Assembly: GCA_000165425.1 (NCBI GenBank)
Contig: CT867990.1
Coordinates: 62,001-126,000 of the forward strand
DNA length: 64,000 nucleotides
Source: Paramecium tetraurelia
Taxonomy: Eukaryota
Direction: 5' to 3'
Positions 26,384 to 38,370 of the stretch are shown here, piece by piece. Position 1 is the first letter of the stretch. Each line of letters starts with the position of its first letter. The notes beneath the pieces were generated by a model. The model saw only the letters and a program-made list of their open reading frames with translations. It did no database searches and was not told the DNA's origin. The position numbers and the translations under genes were made by a program.

Positions 26384-28027
26384 ATGGGAGTTTGCCAAAC
26401 AAAAAAGTTAAACACAAAGTTAGACTCGTAAAGAGTGAAAACCGAAAGTAAGACAAAGATAGATCTGTCTGGTACCTAAGAGACTGAATTAAAAAAATCG
26501 CTTCATCAACATTAAGAGAAGCAAGCCAATACAGAAACCATTTGTATTCAAAATTTAGATTGTACAATCCCAGCAAGTCAAAGAGGTCTCGCTTTTACAA
26601 TGCCAAAACTATTGAATTCTCCTTAAAGCCTTAATAATCCTCTTTTAGAATCGACAAGTGCTTCTAAGAAGTATACTCTTATTGGTCAACATAAATCAAA
26701 TTATGTAATATATATATCTTATATATAGTAACTTTAAATTTTACAAAACAACAAAACTGGAATGCTTGTTTAAATGTAAAATATTCCAAAGCATATAGAG
26801 GGCAACGAGAAATATATTAATTAACTCCAAAAGATTTCAATTGTATTTAATTAAAATATCATTCTTTCAGGATCATCCAAATATCTTAAGAATCATCGAG
26901 ATCTACCAAGATAAAAGCAACTATTAAGTGATTTCTGAATACTTCAATGGATCCAATCTTTCAGACTTAATTATTGGAGAAGCCAAAGTATCAAAACCCT
27001 AAGTAGCTTAAATTTACGAATAAATTATATCAGCTATGTCTTATCTTCATCAAAAGAATATTGTCCATGGCAATTTGACTCTCAAATCATTTTAATATAT
27101 GAACCTTAATAATCGACTGGTTGTCAAGCTTACCAATTTAAAAACAATCTATTGCAAAGACTTAACAAATATTGAAGTTATAAAATTGCTCCCTCCAGAA
27201 TGTCTCTATCGTTAAGAACAATTTACAAAAGAAAGAGACATATGGACAGTGGGTTTGATTGGATTGATACTAAGAAAAGGTAAATTACCATATGAAATTC
27301 CATAAAATACTACTTAACAAATTATGATATAGATTATCAAAGATCATAAATTTAATTTCCAACATAAAAAGGATCAGAAATTCAAACATTTTCTAGAGAC
27401 AGTACTGTCTAAATATCCTTAAGAAAGACTTGATTTTGACAAATTACGTAAGCATGAATTTATAAAGTTTTATTCTAAGAAAAAAGCAAACACAAAAGTA
27501 TAATTACTCAAAAACTTCTTAACTAATAAACCATGCCGTCCCATCTAATAATTAATGTTAAGTTATTTTGGATAAGAATTCAATATAGAAGAGTATTTTG
27601 CTGCCTAAAAGCTATATATAGAAGCTAATACCAACAATGATGGTTCTTTAAGTAAATAAGAATTAATTAAACTATTTTACAATTACAAAATTAATAAAGA
27701 AAACATCGCTCAAAAAATAGATGATATATTCTAATAATTTGAAATAAATGATTAAATGGGAATGGATTAAAATAAATTTGTTTCTTTAACCTTATCTCGT
27801 TCAATCTTATTGACTCAAGAAAATATTGAAACATGCTTTGCTATCTTCTCATTCAACAAATCGGATATTTACTTGAAAGGATTGAAAAGACATTTACAAT
27901 GTGAAACTGTTGATATTAAATCAGAATTTGCATCTATGACTGATGATCTAAACTCAGTAATAATTTATATAATTTTTTTTAGCTTAATTAATAACAATTT
28001 GAATCTATGATGAAATTATTGAAATGA
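26384..28027 (+). CDS. Calcium-dependent protein kinase-like pseudokinase with EF-hands
   Basis: MGVC N-terminus; DHPNILRIIEIYQD, YLHQKNIVHGNL, KLTNLK, LPPE, DIWTVG; EF-hand ANTNNDGSLSKQEL. Confidence 0.8.
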
Positions 28028-28066
28028 TAATATATAATTTTATTCAAAATAATTTAGTAACATTAT

Positions 28067-29852
28067 TCAGTATTCTTTCGGTGTGGAACTAACTAAACTA
28101 GTTGTTATTAAATTTTTTATAAATTTCTAGTTGAATTCTTGTTCTTTGAATTTGTTGTTTAAGATTTATTATTGAAAGTAATCTATAATTTCGGTTTGAT
28201 CCTAATCTTCTTTACGAGGATATTAGATTGAATCCAATCGTTCATAGATCCTATTTGTTTTTTTTTTCGTTGATGAAAAGTTAGTTATAAATTGTTGAAT
28301 GCATTGACAAAATAAAAAGATATCTTTGGATATAAAACAGCCTGGCTTCTTAAAAATTCCAGCATAATTATGTGATAATTTAAATTTTAAGAATCTCTAA
28401 GTAATAGATTAAGAAGAAGAATGCCTTGTTATCTAGAAAGTTCTTGCAATTTCTTATAAAGGTCCTAGCATTTTCCCCAAGATAAGAGAGGATAGAAATG
28501 AGATTACAATTGCTATTAGAACTAAAATTGACATTCCTTTTAATAAGGTTTCTTATATTTAAGCTTTCATCTACTGTTAGTGTTGTTAGACGTACTATTT
28601 TAATATTCAATTTTAGTTTAATATCTAGATATTAATACAATAGAATTACAGAATTATTTTTAAATTATACTATTCTAAGGGAGTATGTGTCATATAATAA
28701 TCCTACTTGTCTATTTTATTTTGTCTACATATAAATCCAATATCAACATGATCGCAATTACTCGAATTTGTATAGATTAAGGATCGCCAATCTTCAATAT
28801 TAAAGCCAGTTATTGTTTCATTAAAAAAGTAGTCCTTTCCTAATTCATACTCAGAATTATTTAACAAGTTGCTTACTAATAACATTCCATCATTTGTAGT
28901 TAATATTAAGTTAGTTTTATTTGAAGTCTTATAAATGGTTTCTTATAAGACTTTCGATGAAATGTGAGCTCTAATGGCCCCTATCATACTTTTTTTGAAA
29001 TTGATTAACGGTAAAGCAATAGAGAATCTAATATCATTAAAAGGGATGGCTAATGAATTTGTATTTATTTTATACTTCTATAATGACCAGTTAATCGAAC
29101 AGAGTATTATGTAAATTTGCTTAAATTATATGCCTTTTGAGCCTCAATATACCATGGTCTGCTCTTTGGATCATATACTCTTTAATTTCCGAAATCTAAA
29201 CAAGGATATTAAAAGAGTTCTGCTTATGAGTATTCAAAAAAACCAATATACTATTGAACTCCAAACATTTGAGTAGGCAAAGCTGTTTAAAATTACTACA
29301 AATTCCTAATCGTGTTCTTATGATTATCATGACCCGAATTGATGTTTGACTCGTTAAGATGGCAAATACAAGGTATCTCAATCTAATTGATTTGCATAAA
29401 ATTACCTAAATTAATGGTTAATGGTAACAATTTTAATTTGTTTCCTTCGAACTCACTTTCAAATCATCTAGAAGCGAATAATAATTGTGAAGTCGATGCA
29501 AAGATATTAATGGCTAAGATACTTAAGGATATCAATAATTAATACTTGAGTGAATAAATGTAACCCAAAATTCTTTTATGCTTTGTTTTGCTATATCTTA
29601 TTATCTTTTCGAATAGAGATCGAATGTAAATTCTGAAGATTCCTAAAGTGTTTCAGAAATATATTAGGTGATTAAACTGAACAAAATTATTACGCTAGCT
29701 AAAATGATAAGCATAGAACAAGAAATGTAAATATATAATATTGTTTTTGCCCTTAAATTTGTAAAGCATTTAGTGATCGGTGATCTTAGAATAAATTACT
29801 TTAAGTTTGCTTAATTTCCCGTCTGATTATTTCTTCTAATTATTCCAAACAT
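28067..29852 (-). CDS. Receptor-like membrane protein (TM, large Cache-like loop, TM, HAMP-like)
   Basis: N-terminal TM, long loop with EDWRSLIY, second TM GMSILVLIAIVISFLSSLILG then GPLQEIA. 3' end uncertain around an A10 homopolymer. Confidence 0.55.
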
Positions 29853-29879
29853 AATAATTTTAATTTATATATACTCTAA

Positions 29880-30516
29880 TTTAAAATGAAAAAGATAGTC
29901 AGTCATTACTTTATACTAAACGAGTAAATAATTCAGCCTTTTTCGAACTTAATTTAATATTCCAGTTGCAGATCTTAACTAAATCATTAATTGGTTCCCT
30001 ATTAAACCTGCTATTTCTATATCAATCCTTATAGTCATTGAACTCAAAGACTCTCCCTATTCCTTTTCTACATAATCTTAATAAGCCACAGTCTCATGAG
30101 GGGATTGCAATTGAATTGGAAGGAGAACTAAAAAATTTCCATCTCTACATGGTTCTTTCTCTTCCGTGAAGATTAAATCTCTAAAGTTAGAATTTAGTTT
30201 AGAACTTTACTTGGCGAATAAAAAGTTTACATTTCATAATGGGCTTTACAATAAAACGAATAAGTTTACATTCACTATAGTGATTATAGTATGATCTTCT
30301 AATATGAGTAGGGAAAGTTCAAAGTAGGCTTCAATAGTTTGGTCAAAGTTCGCATTAATTTCAAAAGTAAAATATTCAAGCATTCTGACAATCTAAATAT
30401 TGATATGATATACTAGATGCATCTTTGGTATATGTAGATAATTTGGGATTTGCAAGCTTAATATGTCAAACTTTTAGAAATATTTTCTTCTTTATATTGA
30501 ATTATTAATTAATCAT
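29880..30516 (-). CDS. Hypothetical protein (boundaries uncertain)
   Basis: Coding-like exons (DLIFTEEKEPCRDGNFLVLLPIQLQSPHE...) separated by candidate tiny introns. Confidence 0.3.
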
Positions 30517-31007
30517 GCAATTATATTTAAGTTAAAGCTATATTAAAATGAGTTTTTTTCTCTATTTTACCTACCATTACACCATCCATTTTTCAAAACT
30601 ATATGAATTACCTCCTGATACATAGTTATTTCATAAAGAATTATCTAATTGAAGGCTATTCTTAATTAAAAAATAAAATGAGCATTCACGGCTAATCATT
30701 ACAAATCTTTCTAAAAAATTATAAATTAGGATAAATTTATATTTTTAATTTCTTCTTAGTGAATATTTATTGATTATTCTTCTCAATATCTTATATTTTG
30801 GATCAAGTTATCCCTTATTCTAAAAATAATTTAAACTTTCCCATTATTAGAGTGATTCATAAAAAACAGGACTAAACTCAAATTTATCTAATAAGCTAAT
30901 CAAATTGGTGAATATCTAGTCTCACTCTTATTAATTCCTATTGTATTTACTATAAATTTTGTGTATTTATAAAAAATCAAGTACATAAAATTTTATAATA
31001 AAATCAT

Positions 31008-32245
31008 TCATTAGACAATAATTTATAACTTTAATTCAAGTGATGTAATTTATTTATTAATGTGTCCATTTTGTAGTTATTCTCCTTCATTCTCTCTGAT
31101 GATAACCTACTATCTTACTTTTTTATTGACATAAAGGAAGTCTTATTTAAGTCTCTCTAAAATAAACCACTCTATTCACTAGTCTAATTATGATATTGTT
31201 GCATAATGTCTTTCATCTATCTAATTTAACTATCCTCCTGCTCACTGAGATTGCTAAAATCCATTTCTTTAGTTTATGTGTGATTAGTTCTTGGTAGAAA
31301 GGAGGACTCCTGTGATCGAAAGCTTTTATCGCTCATTTGTTATTCTATATTACTATTATGCAAGGTAACTTCTCCCAATTATTTTACTTTGTCTGAAAAC
31401 TCCTTCAATTACAATTTGACTTGCTTACTATCTTGTAAATTCCATTTGTTATCCAAACAAATTATTAATTTATTCAATAATTGAAGTTAGTTATTCATTT
31501 GATCATACATTTTTTTGAGTTCCTTACTATTCATTTATATTGATCCACTCAGATTACTTTTACTTGATTTCTTAGAATTAAAACAAGAAGTTTTCTCCAA
31601 ATGATGAAATATGTCTTGCATAACCTCTCTATCGTTATTCGTCAATTTTTCATCTTCAACTTTCATTATAGCTTTGGAAGTTGTCTTAAATAATTTTTAT
31701 TATTCTATGATAATATAAAAATTAGTACAATTATTAAGATTACTTATAATCTAGTTTACTTAATCTCCACGAAAGCTAACATTATTACTTTGTGGATATA
31801 CCACATATGGCTGATGCTATTAAGGTTGACTGTTTACAACATATTAAGGTTATTAAACTAAAGTACTTACTGGTACTGAGAAACTTTAATTACTCAAATA
31901 TTAGTTAGTTTATTATCTAATTGGGGGACAAGAAATAGCTTATTGAGTTTATACCCTATGTTAAATTAATGGCTGCTATTATCTTTTTATTTATTAGTTT
32001 GTATTAAACTCATCATATTTATTAGGGGATTTTGTCACTCTGGACACTCTAAATTGTTGAGTTTTATAAGAATAATATTGTGACTCGGATTTATAAGGTT
32101 ATGTAGAATTGTCATCAAATATTGGTTTCCTACAAATTGGTGCAGAATTATCTTCGATTTCAATAACACAAATACCTCTTGGTTGTTTGAATGGATTGAT
32201 TTATTCCAATCTATTCCTTATTCCATTGGCTTCGCAACATCCCAT
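31008..32245 (-). CDS. Hypothetical protein, MGCC N-terminus, Q/P/Y-rich middle and coiled-coil C-terminus
   Basis: MGCCEANG...; long frame with one tiny intron; TGA at 31008. Confidence 0.65.
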
Positions 32246-32678
32246 TATCGTTAATTTAATAATAAAACAGAAATATTAATCTAATTATAAAGTGAAATTG
32301 TGTTGAAAATCAATGATTAACTTTTACATTTTGTTAAAAATTCTTCATAGATGCAAGAATAAGAGTGTGCTTATACAAATATTATTAAATAATTAGAATA
32401 CATTTATTCTCAAAATAAATTAAAATTTTCTTGCTTTTCAAAAAGTTGAGCAATATTACAAAAGCCGAAAATGATACTGGTTATCTGTATGAAGGGTATA
32501 TAAATCTGTTATTACTGATTACAATACATAGCATATAAAATTAGGAATAATTTGGAAACAAAATAATGTTATAATTTAACAACTTCAACAATTATTTTAA
32601 TAATTATGAATCAAAATCATATATTATGAACTTTACTATGAGTTTATATTATTATATTAAATCCAATGAGGATAATTT

Positions 32679-33804
32679 TCAAATAGGAACTTGATTTTTA
32701 AATTTAGACGTAGAAAAGATTGGAATTATTGATTTTATTGTTGATTCATTAAAAGTCTAGTTAATTTGCAGAAGATAATCTAAAGATGCCATTAATATTA
32801 TGGTATTTACAATGGATTGGCTTTAGGATACAACATTTATTCAAAATAGACAAATTTTTTGAGATAAATGTTAAAATTAAATTTTAAGGCAGCATAATCT
32901 GATTTGAAGTTATACATTTATAGATGCTATAATTTTCTTAATCTAATTCATTTCAATATTTTGGTAATGTTAATTTTATGTATTTTAAATGTATAAATCA
33001 TTTATGTTATCTTTGAGTTTTCTCAAAAGATTAAATCTCTTTTAGGCATTACTTTTTTTAACTCTTTGATTATAGTATTATCTTATCTTCTTCCGCTTTT
33101 TTCTTTTACTTTAACTTATCTTCTAGTAAAGATGTGAGTTATTTGAAAAAATAAGCAACTTTATTTTATTAATCTTCAAATTAATCCATCTAATCCGATG
33201 ACTACTATTCTTCCTCATCTTGTGATTCACTTTAATTCTATTCTGAAGATTATGAGTTTGAAGATTATTAACCTTTAAGTAAATTTGGTATATGATCATT
33301 CATATGCCAATTTTTCATTATATTTCCAAAGTAACGATATAGATCTATTATTTAGTTATGTTCTGAAATAAATATACTATTCAAATCCTTATATTTTACT
33401 TTCTAATTTTTATTATGTTATCTCAGTAACTAAATCTTTAGGTCTTTTCTACTCAAGATTTTTTATAAAGCAAATACTTTCTCATGATGATCCTTATCAC
33501 TCTGTTTTAATTTCTCAATTTCTTCTTTTAAAGTAATAATTTAAATCATATATGCCATATATTTAGGCTCATCTTAGACATCTTTTATTTTAATCGTATA
33601 AAAGATATCACATACGTTCTTCATCTGCACCCTGCAAACTGGGCATTATTAGAAACCACTCGTTTTCAAGCTGGCAACACATCCTTTATGAAAAACATGG
33701 CCACAATCCACTATAGTGCAGAGATCATTGTTTAAGGGTAATAAGCAGATTGAGCATTCGGGAATCTGGACAATTTTATCATCAAGTGTGAATATCTTCT
33801 GCAT
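32679..33804 (-). CDS. RING-H2 finger plus coiled-coil protein (TRAIP-like architecture)
   Basis: ECSICLLPLNNDLCTIVDCGHVFHKGCV...CPVCR then coiled coil; 3' end approximate. Confidence 0.75.
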
Positions 33805-34291
33805 TGTTAAATTTTTATATAATTTCTTCACCTTCAAGAAGAACTAATTATATCTTATTATCAAAAAACCCTTAATAAATTGGCACAATATAATTATAAC
33901 CATCAAATAAATCACAATTTTAGATTAGAATACGATAATATATATTGATAGTGGAATTAATTTCTATTTGCCTAAATTACTAAAAATCTACTCTTTTATT
34001 ATAATAACAAGCACTTGAATTTAAGTTAGTTAGATAATCTACAATTATTCTACTTAATTAAGCAAGAAGTTAAATACAAATGCTCAATTTTGTTAATAAG
34101 TTACACAAATTTTTTGACTTTAAATCATGATAATACACTGTAAAATTCATAAGGGAATTTCATTTTATTTCACATAAATAAGACATCATTAAATTTAGAT
34201 TTATATATAATATTATTTAAAATTAATATAATATGAACTTCATTCAAAAAATAATGAGCTGATAAAATATTTTAATTGAGTTATATATAGA

Positions 34292-35079
34292 TCATTTTTT
34301 AAAATTAAAAAAGTCTACTGGTAATCCAGCTCTTGTAGTTTTGGGGATTGAGGTTTATTTTGTTTTTTTGTCTGATAGCTTGATTTTAAGTTCTCTTGTA
34401 GAGAGCAGGAGCAGATCAAGTATTTTTTCTTAAACTTCGGTTTTGAGTTTGTAATTCTTTCTGTGATTTTAATTTCTAATTTCTAATTTGAGATTCGTGA
34501 TTTCTTCAGCCGGCTTATGTTATGGAGATATTAAGTTGCAAATAGATTTAATCTATTCTTTAGATTGAATTTATTTTGGAATGATAATCGGAGTTTTATA
34601 ACATAGGATTCTGTCGCTGCAAAGTTATGTGTCAGGTTCAGTCTTTATAACAGTTTTATCTTTGTTAACGGTGTGGTAGTCAGAAATTTTTTATTACTTA
34701 TGAATTTGATAGGAATTTGAACTTAGTTATTACTTAACCAGATAACCATTAATACGTTTGGATTGTTTAGGTAGTTATCTGATAGCATCATTCATTATTT
34801 ATGAAATTTATTCTTCGTCTTGAGATTTTAGTCTTCGAGAAGAATGTAATTTGGTTGAGGAGATGTTTTTCTAACTTTTTATTGAGTGTTATTTATTCAG
34901 GTAGTCCTTGTTTGTGTGCAGTGATTGATTAACATGTTTTTTGGATTTAAGTAATTTTAATCTGATGATAATATAAATTTATACTTCTCAGCAATATTAT
35001 CGGGATTTCTGTTCTAACATGGTTACTGTTAAATATGGTAGCTAATTTGTTGGGAAGGTACATAATATGCATGATTCAT
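34292..35079 (-). CDS. Basic disordered protein with conserved C-terminal ILDLL..ST..IPKT.R..P.DFFN motif (copy 2)
   Basis: MNHAYYVPSQ...EKILDLLLLSTRELK...SIPKTTRAGLPVDFFNFKK stop. Confidence 0.7.
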
Positions 35080-35105
35080 GATGTTAGAAATTATAAAAAA
35101 ATTAA

Positions 35106-35996
35106 TCAATGTAAAATTGAATTGGGTTAAAGAGCATTAAAAAAATCAGTTGGAAATTTGGTTCTTCCGGTTTTAGGAATTAATAATTTGTTAGATTGTC
35201 TTGTATTAATTTTAGAGTTGCCTACTTTATTTAATTCTGCAAATTTTCTTTTTAAATCTTGAGTTGAAAGACATAACAAGTCTAAAATTTGTTCCTTGGT
35301 TTAAGAGTTATTTTGATGAAGAATTTGTTTTTTTTCTTTTGTTTCTTATAAGAACTGACTATCTTGTTCTATCCTAATAAAAAATGGATTAGAATTATCT
35401 ATCGAGTTTACTTTCTTGATACATCTGGTGAGTTGATTGCCTAAGATCTAAGACACTTTATCATCAGGTTCTGTGGGAATTGATTTCTTGTGCAAACGGA
35501 AGAGTATTTCTTGAGATTCATCCTTTTTGGAAATAGAATGAGCACATACGTCATTAGGTTCTGTCTTCATTTTTACAACAGGAGTATAATTAGGTTTTCT
35601 ATCTGTTCTAAATTTGATGTTATTCATGTGATTGTTCTGTGTTTTCTTAATTTGCTTAGGTGTTGCCACTTGTTCATCAGACTTCATTCTTCTTGCAGTA
35701 GGCATTTTGTAGCCAGAGAAATCATTTATTATCTTAAACTTCGAGATTGATCCTTCTGGAAGTGGGTGATTAATAGAAGTCCCTTTGGCTATTTAGTTTC
35801 GATATCTTCATATATATGCTGAATACAGATCCTTCAGATGAACTGGAGAATGCAATGGCTGAGATATTATCGGGGTCTTCCTACGAACTCCTTGGCTATT
35901 TGACGTTTCTACTTTGTTGGTGAAGCTGTTCTTATTGACAGAATGACAAGAGGAAAGATCAGCAGGAGGCCTGATGAAATAGGTTTATTATTTCAT
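35106..35996 (-). CDS. Basic disordered protein with the same C-terminal motif (copy 1)
   Basis: MKQQTYFIRPP..., 21-nt intron 35806-35826, ...EQILDLLCLSTQDLK...LIPKTGRTKFPTDFFN. Confidence 0.7.
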
Positions 35997-36704
35997 TTAT
36001 ATATAAAATAATTATACAATAAGAATTCTTATACTAATCGTTTCAATATGATTAAGCCTATGGGAAAACCTTCAATTATCTAAAGAAAATTTCATGTCTG
36101 AATTCCCATCATTTTACTCATTGAGAAGCTAGTCAGATTTGTATAGAATATGGTTTGCATTTTGGAATTCATAACAATTCTCTTCATTTTCTGTCTTAGG
36201 GAATAAAGCTGGAATGATGTTTTGAGAATTGCAAATTATAAAATCTAAGAAAAAAGGGAAGCTTTCAAAAACATTAATTATTTTTATTAATTATCATTTT
36301 AAGCTATAGTTATAATATTATCAATAATATCTTCACTAATAAACTGTTAAAATTTATTGGATGATTTAAGAAAATAAAGTAGAGTTCTGGGTTGAAATAT
36401 GAATGGATAACTTCTGGGCTTGCTTGAATTTTCATATATTATACATTATTATTGATTTGTATAAATTACAATATATTAGTATTAAAGTATTAAAGTATTT
36501 AATATTTTATTTTTTATTTTGATATTTTTATTATATAAAACGGTTTTCAATAAAAATACATTAGAAAGGTCTTTAATTTTATCAATTTTATATATAAAAA
36601 CATTCAAAATTCTCGTAATCATATTCACAGAGCATCAAACATCAAATCCTAAAATTATTTAAAATTAATCTAGAGATATAATCAATAAACTTACTTGATT
36701 ATTT

Positions 36705-38275
36705 TCATACGCTGCAAATTACTATTTTAGTTACTGCTTTTTACTATGATACAATTACTGCATCTTTGAAAGAGAAATGAAGCCTTCTACGTCGGATAAT
36801 ATGCGAAATGCCTCCTTTAAATTATCAATAGTTATCAAAGTATTACGATCTATGACTCCTATTAAGAATTCCTAAAAATCAATTTCACCGTTTCTATTTA
36901 TATCTACACCTTTGAAAACTGTGTCTACATGTTCCTTGACTTCTTACAGATTAGAAAAATGGTTCATGTAGGCCTGAGTCAATTCTTACCTATTGATCTT
37001 ACCATCATGGTTGATGTCAAATTACCCAAAGATTTGATACAAAGATTATTCCTAATCAGATTGAAAGGTAGTGATCATAAACTGCAAGAAACAACATTAT
37101 AAGAATGAAAGAGCGTGATTCTGATCAAGTTATTTAACAATTTGATCTTATTCAGCCTAAGATTTTTCTATGTTGTGCCTAACCCATTAATCATTCAAAG
37201 CCAGATTGAGTTTGATTCTCTTTTTTGGATCACTTCTTAGGAATTTCTTGATAAAATCGATACTAGTTTTAGGTAGGGCATCTGTGTCAAATTCATCGGA
37301 GGCTGAATATTTTTAAATTGATTAAAGTAGTTCGTCCTTATTTGACCCTTTAAATGGAAGTTGCCCAGATAGCATTTTGTATAACATTATGCCAATACTC
37401 CATGTATCTCTTTCTGGTGTGTAGATTTCTGGTTATAGGATGGCTTCTGGGGCCAAATACATTAAATTATCTTTTGTAGAAATCATTGATTTAACATAAA
37501 TAGCCCTATAATCAACTAATTTAATGTAATTTGAATTAGATTAATTATACTTTTAAAAAGATTATAACGATAATCCACAATGATTCAGTTCTAATTTATG
37601 TATATACGAAATTAATTCGACTATCTATTTCAATACAAGTGCTGCTTATTACTATGTGTAAACTGTATTCGATAGATATTATTGCAGGGAGCCTCCATTG
37701 CAAAAGTCGTGAATAATTTAATAATTGGAAGCGTCCTAAAAGACTTCATCTAATTTTATTAAATTAGGATGGTTCTAAAGGTTTAGGGGTATAATATTTA
37801 CAAGTTATGTTTTGATAATAGATTCCACAAGTTGATCACCTTCTGAGGTTTTTGGAATGAATTCAGCCACTCTAATCTTACCGCTTAGATTGTGTTGTAC
37901 AAGTGCCAGTTATTCATTCAATTTTATACGACATTTAGATTGTTCTTTGTTCAGAACAGAATAGTATTTAGAGAAATTAGCATTTTTAATTGAAATCCAA
38001 GTTTTTAGAGTGCCCCTTTGACCACCGTTTTCAACGATCTAATCTGCCCAGACCATTCGCTTAACAGGTTTAGTAGATGGACTCGGAGCCATTTTAGCTT
38101 TTTGGTTTTGCTTGTTTGATGGTGCACCTAACTTATTAGTAGTGATGTTAGTTTCGGATTTAAAATTTCTTTAGACATCTGAGGTAGGGTCAAGTTGAGG
38201 AGATTATTGAGGTAGGATTTCGTGCTGTTCCTTTCGTTCTTGCTTAGTTTTACCTTTCGCTGAACATATTCCCAT
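36705..38275 (-). CDS. Calcium-dependent protein kinase-like pseudokinase with EF-hands
   Basis: MGIC N-terminus; HPNLIKL, CNGGSL, NHCGLSL, KLVDYRA, YLAPE, DTWSIG; EF-hands DINHDGKINRQEL and DINRNGEIDFQEF. 3' end approximate. Confidence 0.8.
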
Positions 38276-38370
38276 TAAAATTATTATTTACTTTTGGATT
38301 ATTTGTATTTAGATAAATATTGGTACATATAATAGCAGATTTTTATATAAATAAAGTGATAAATTATTAA

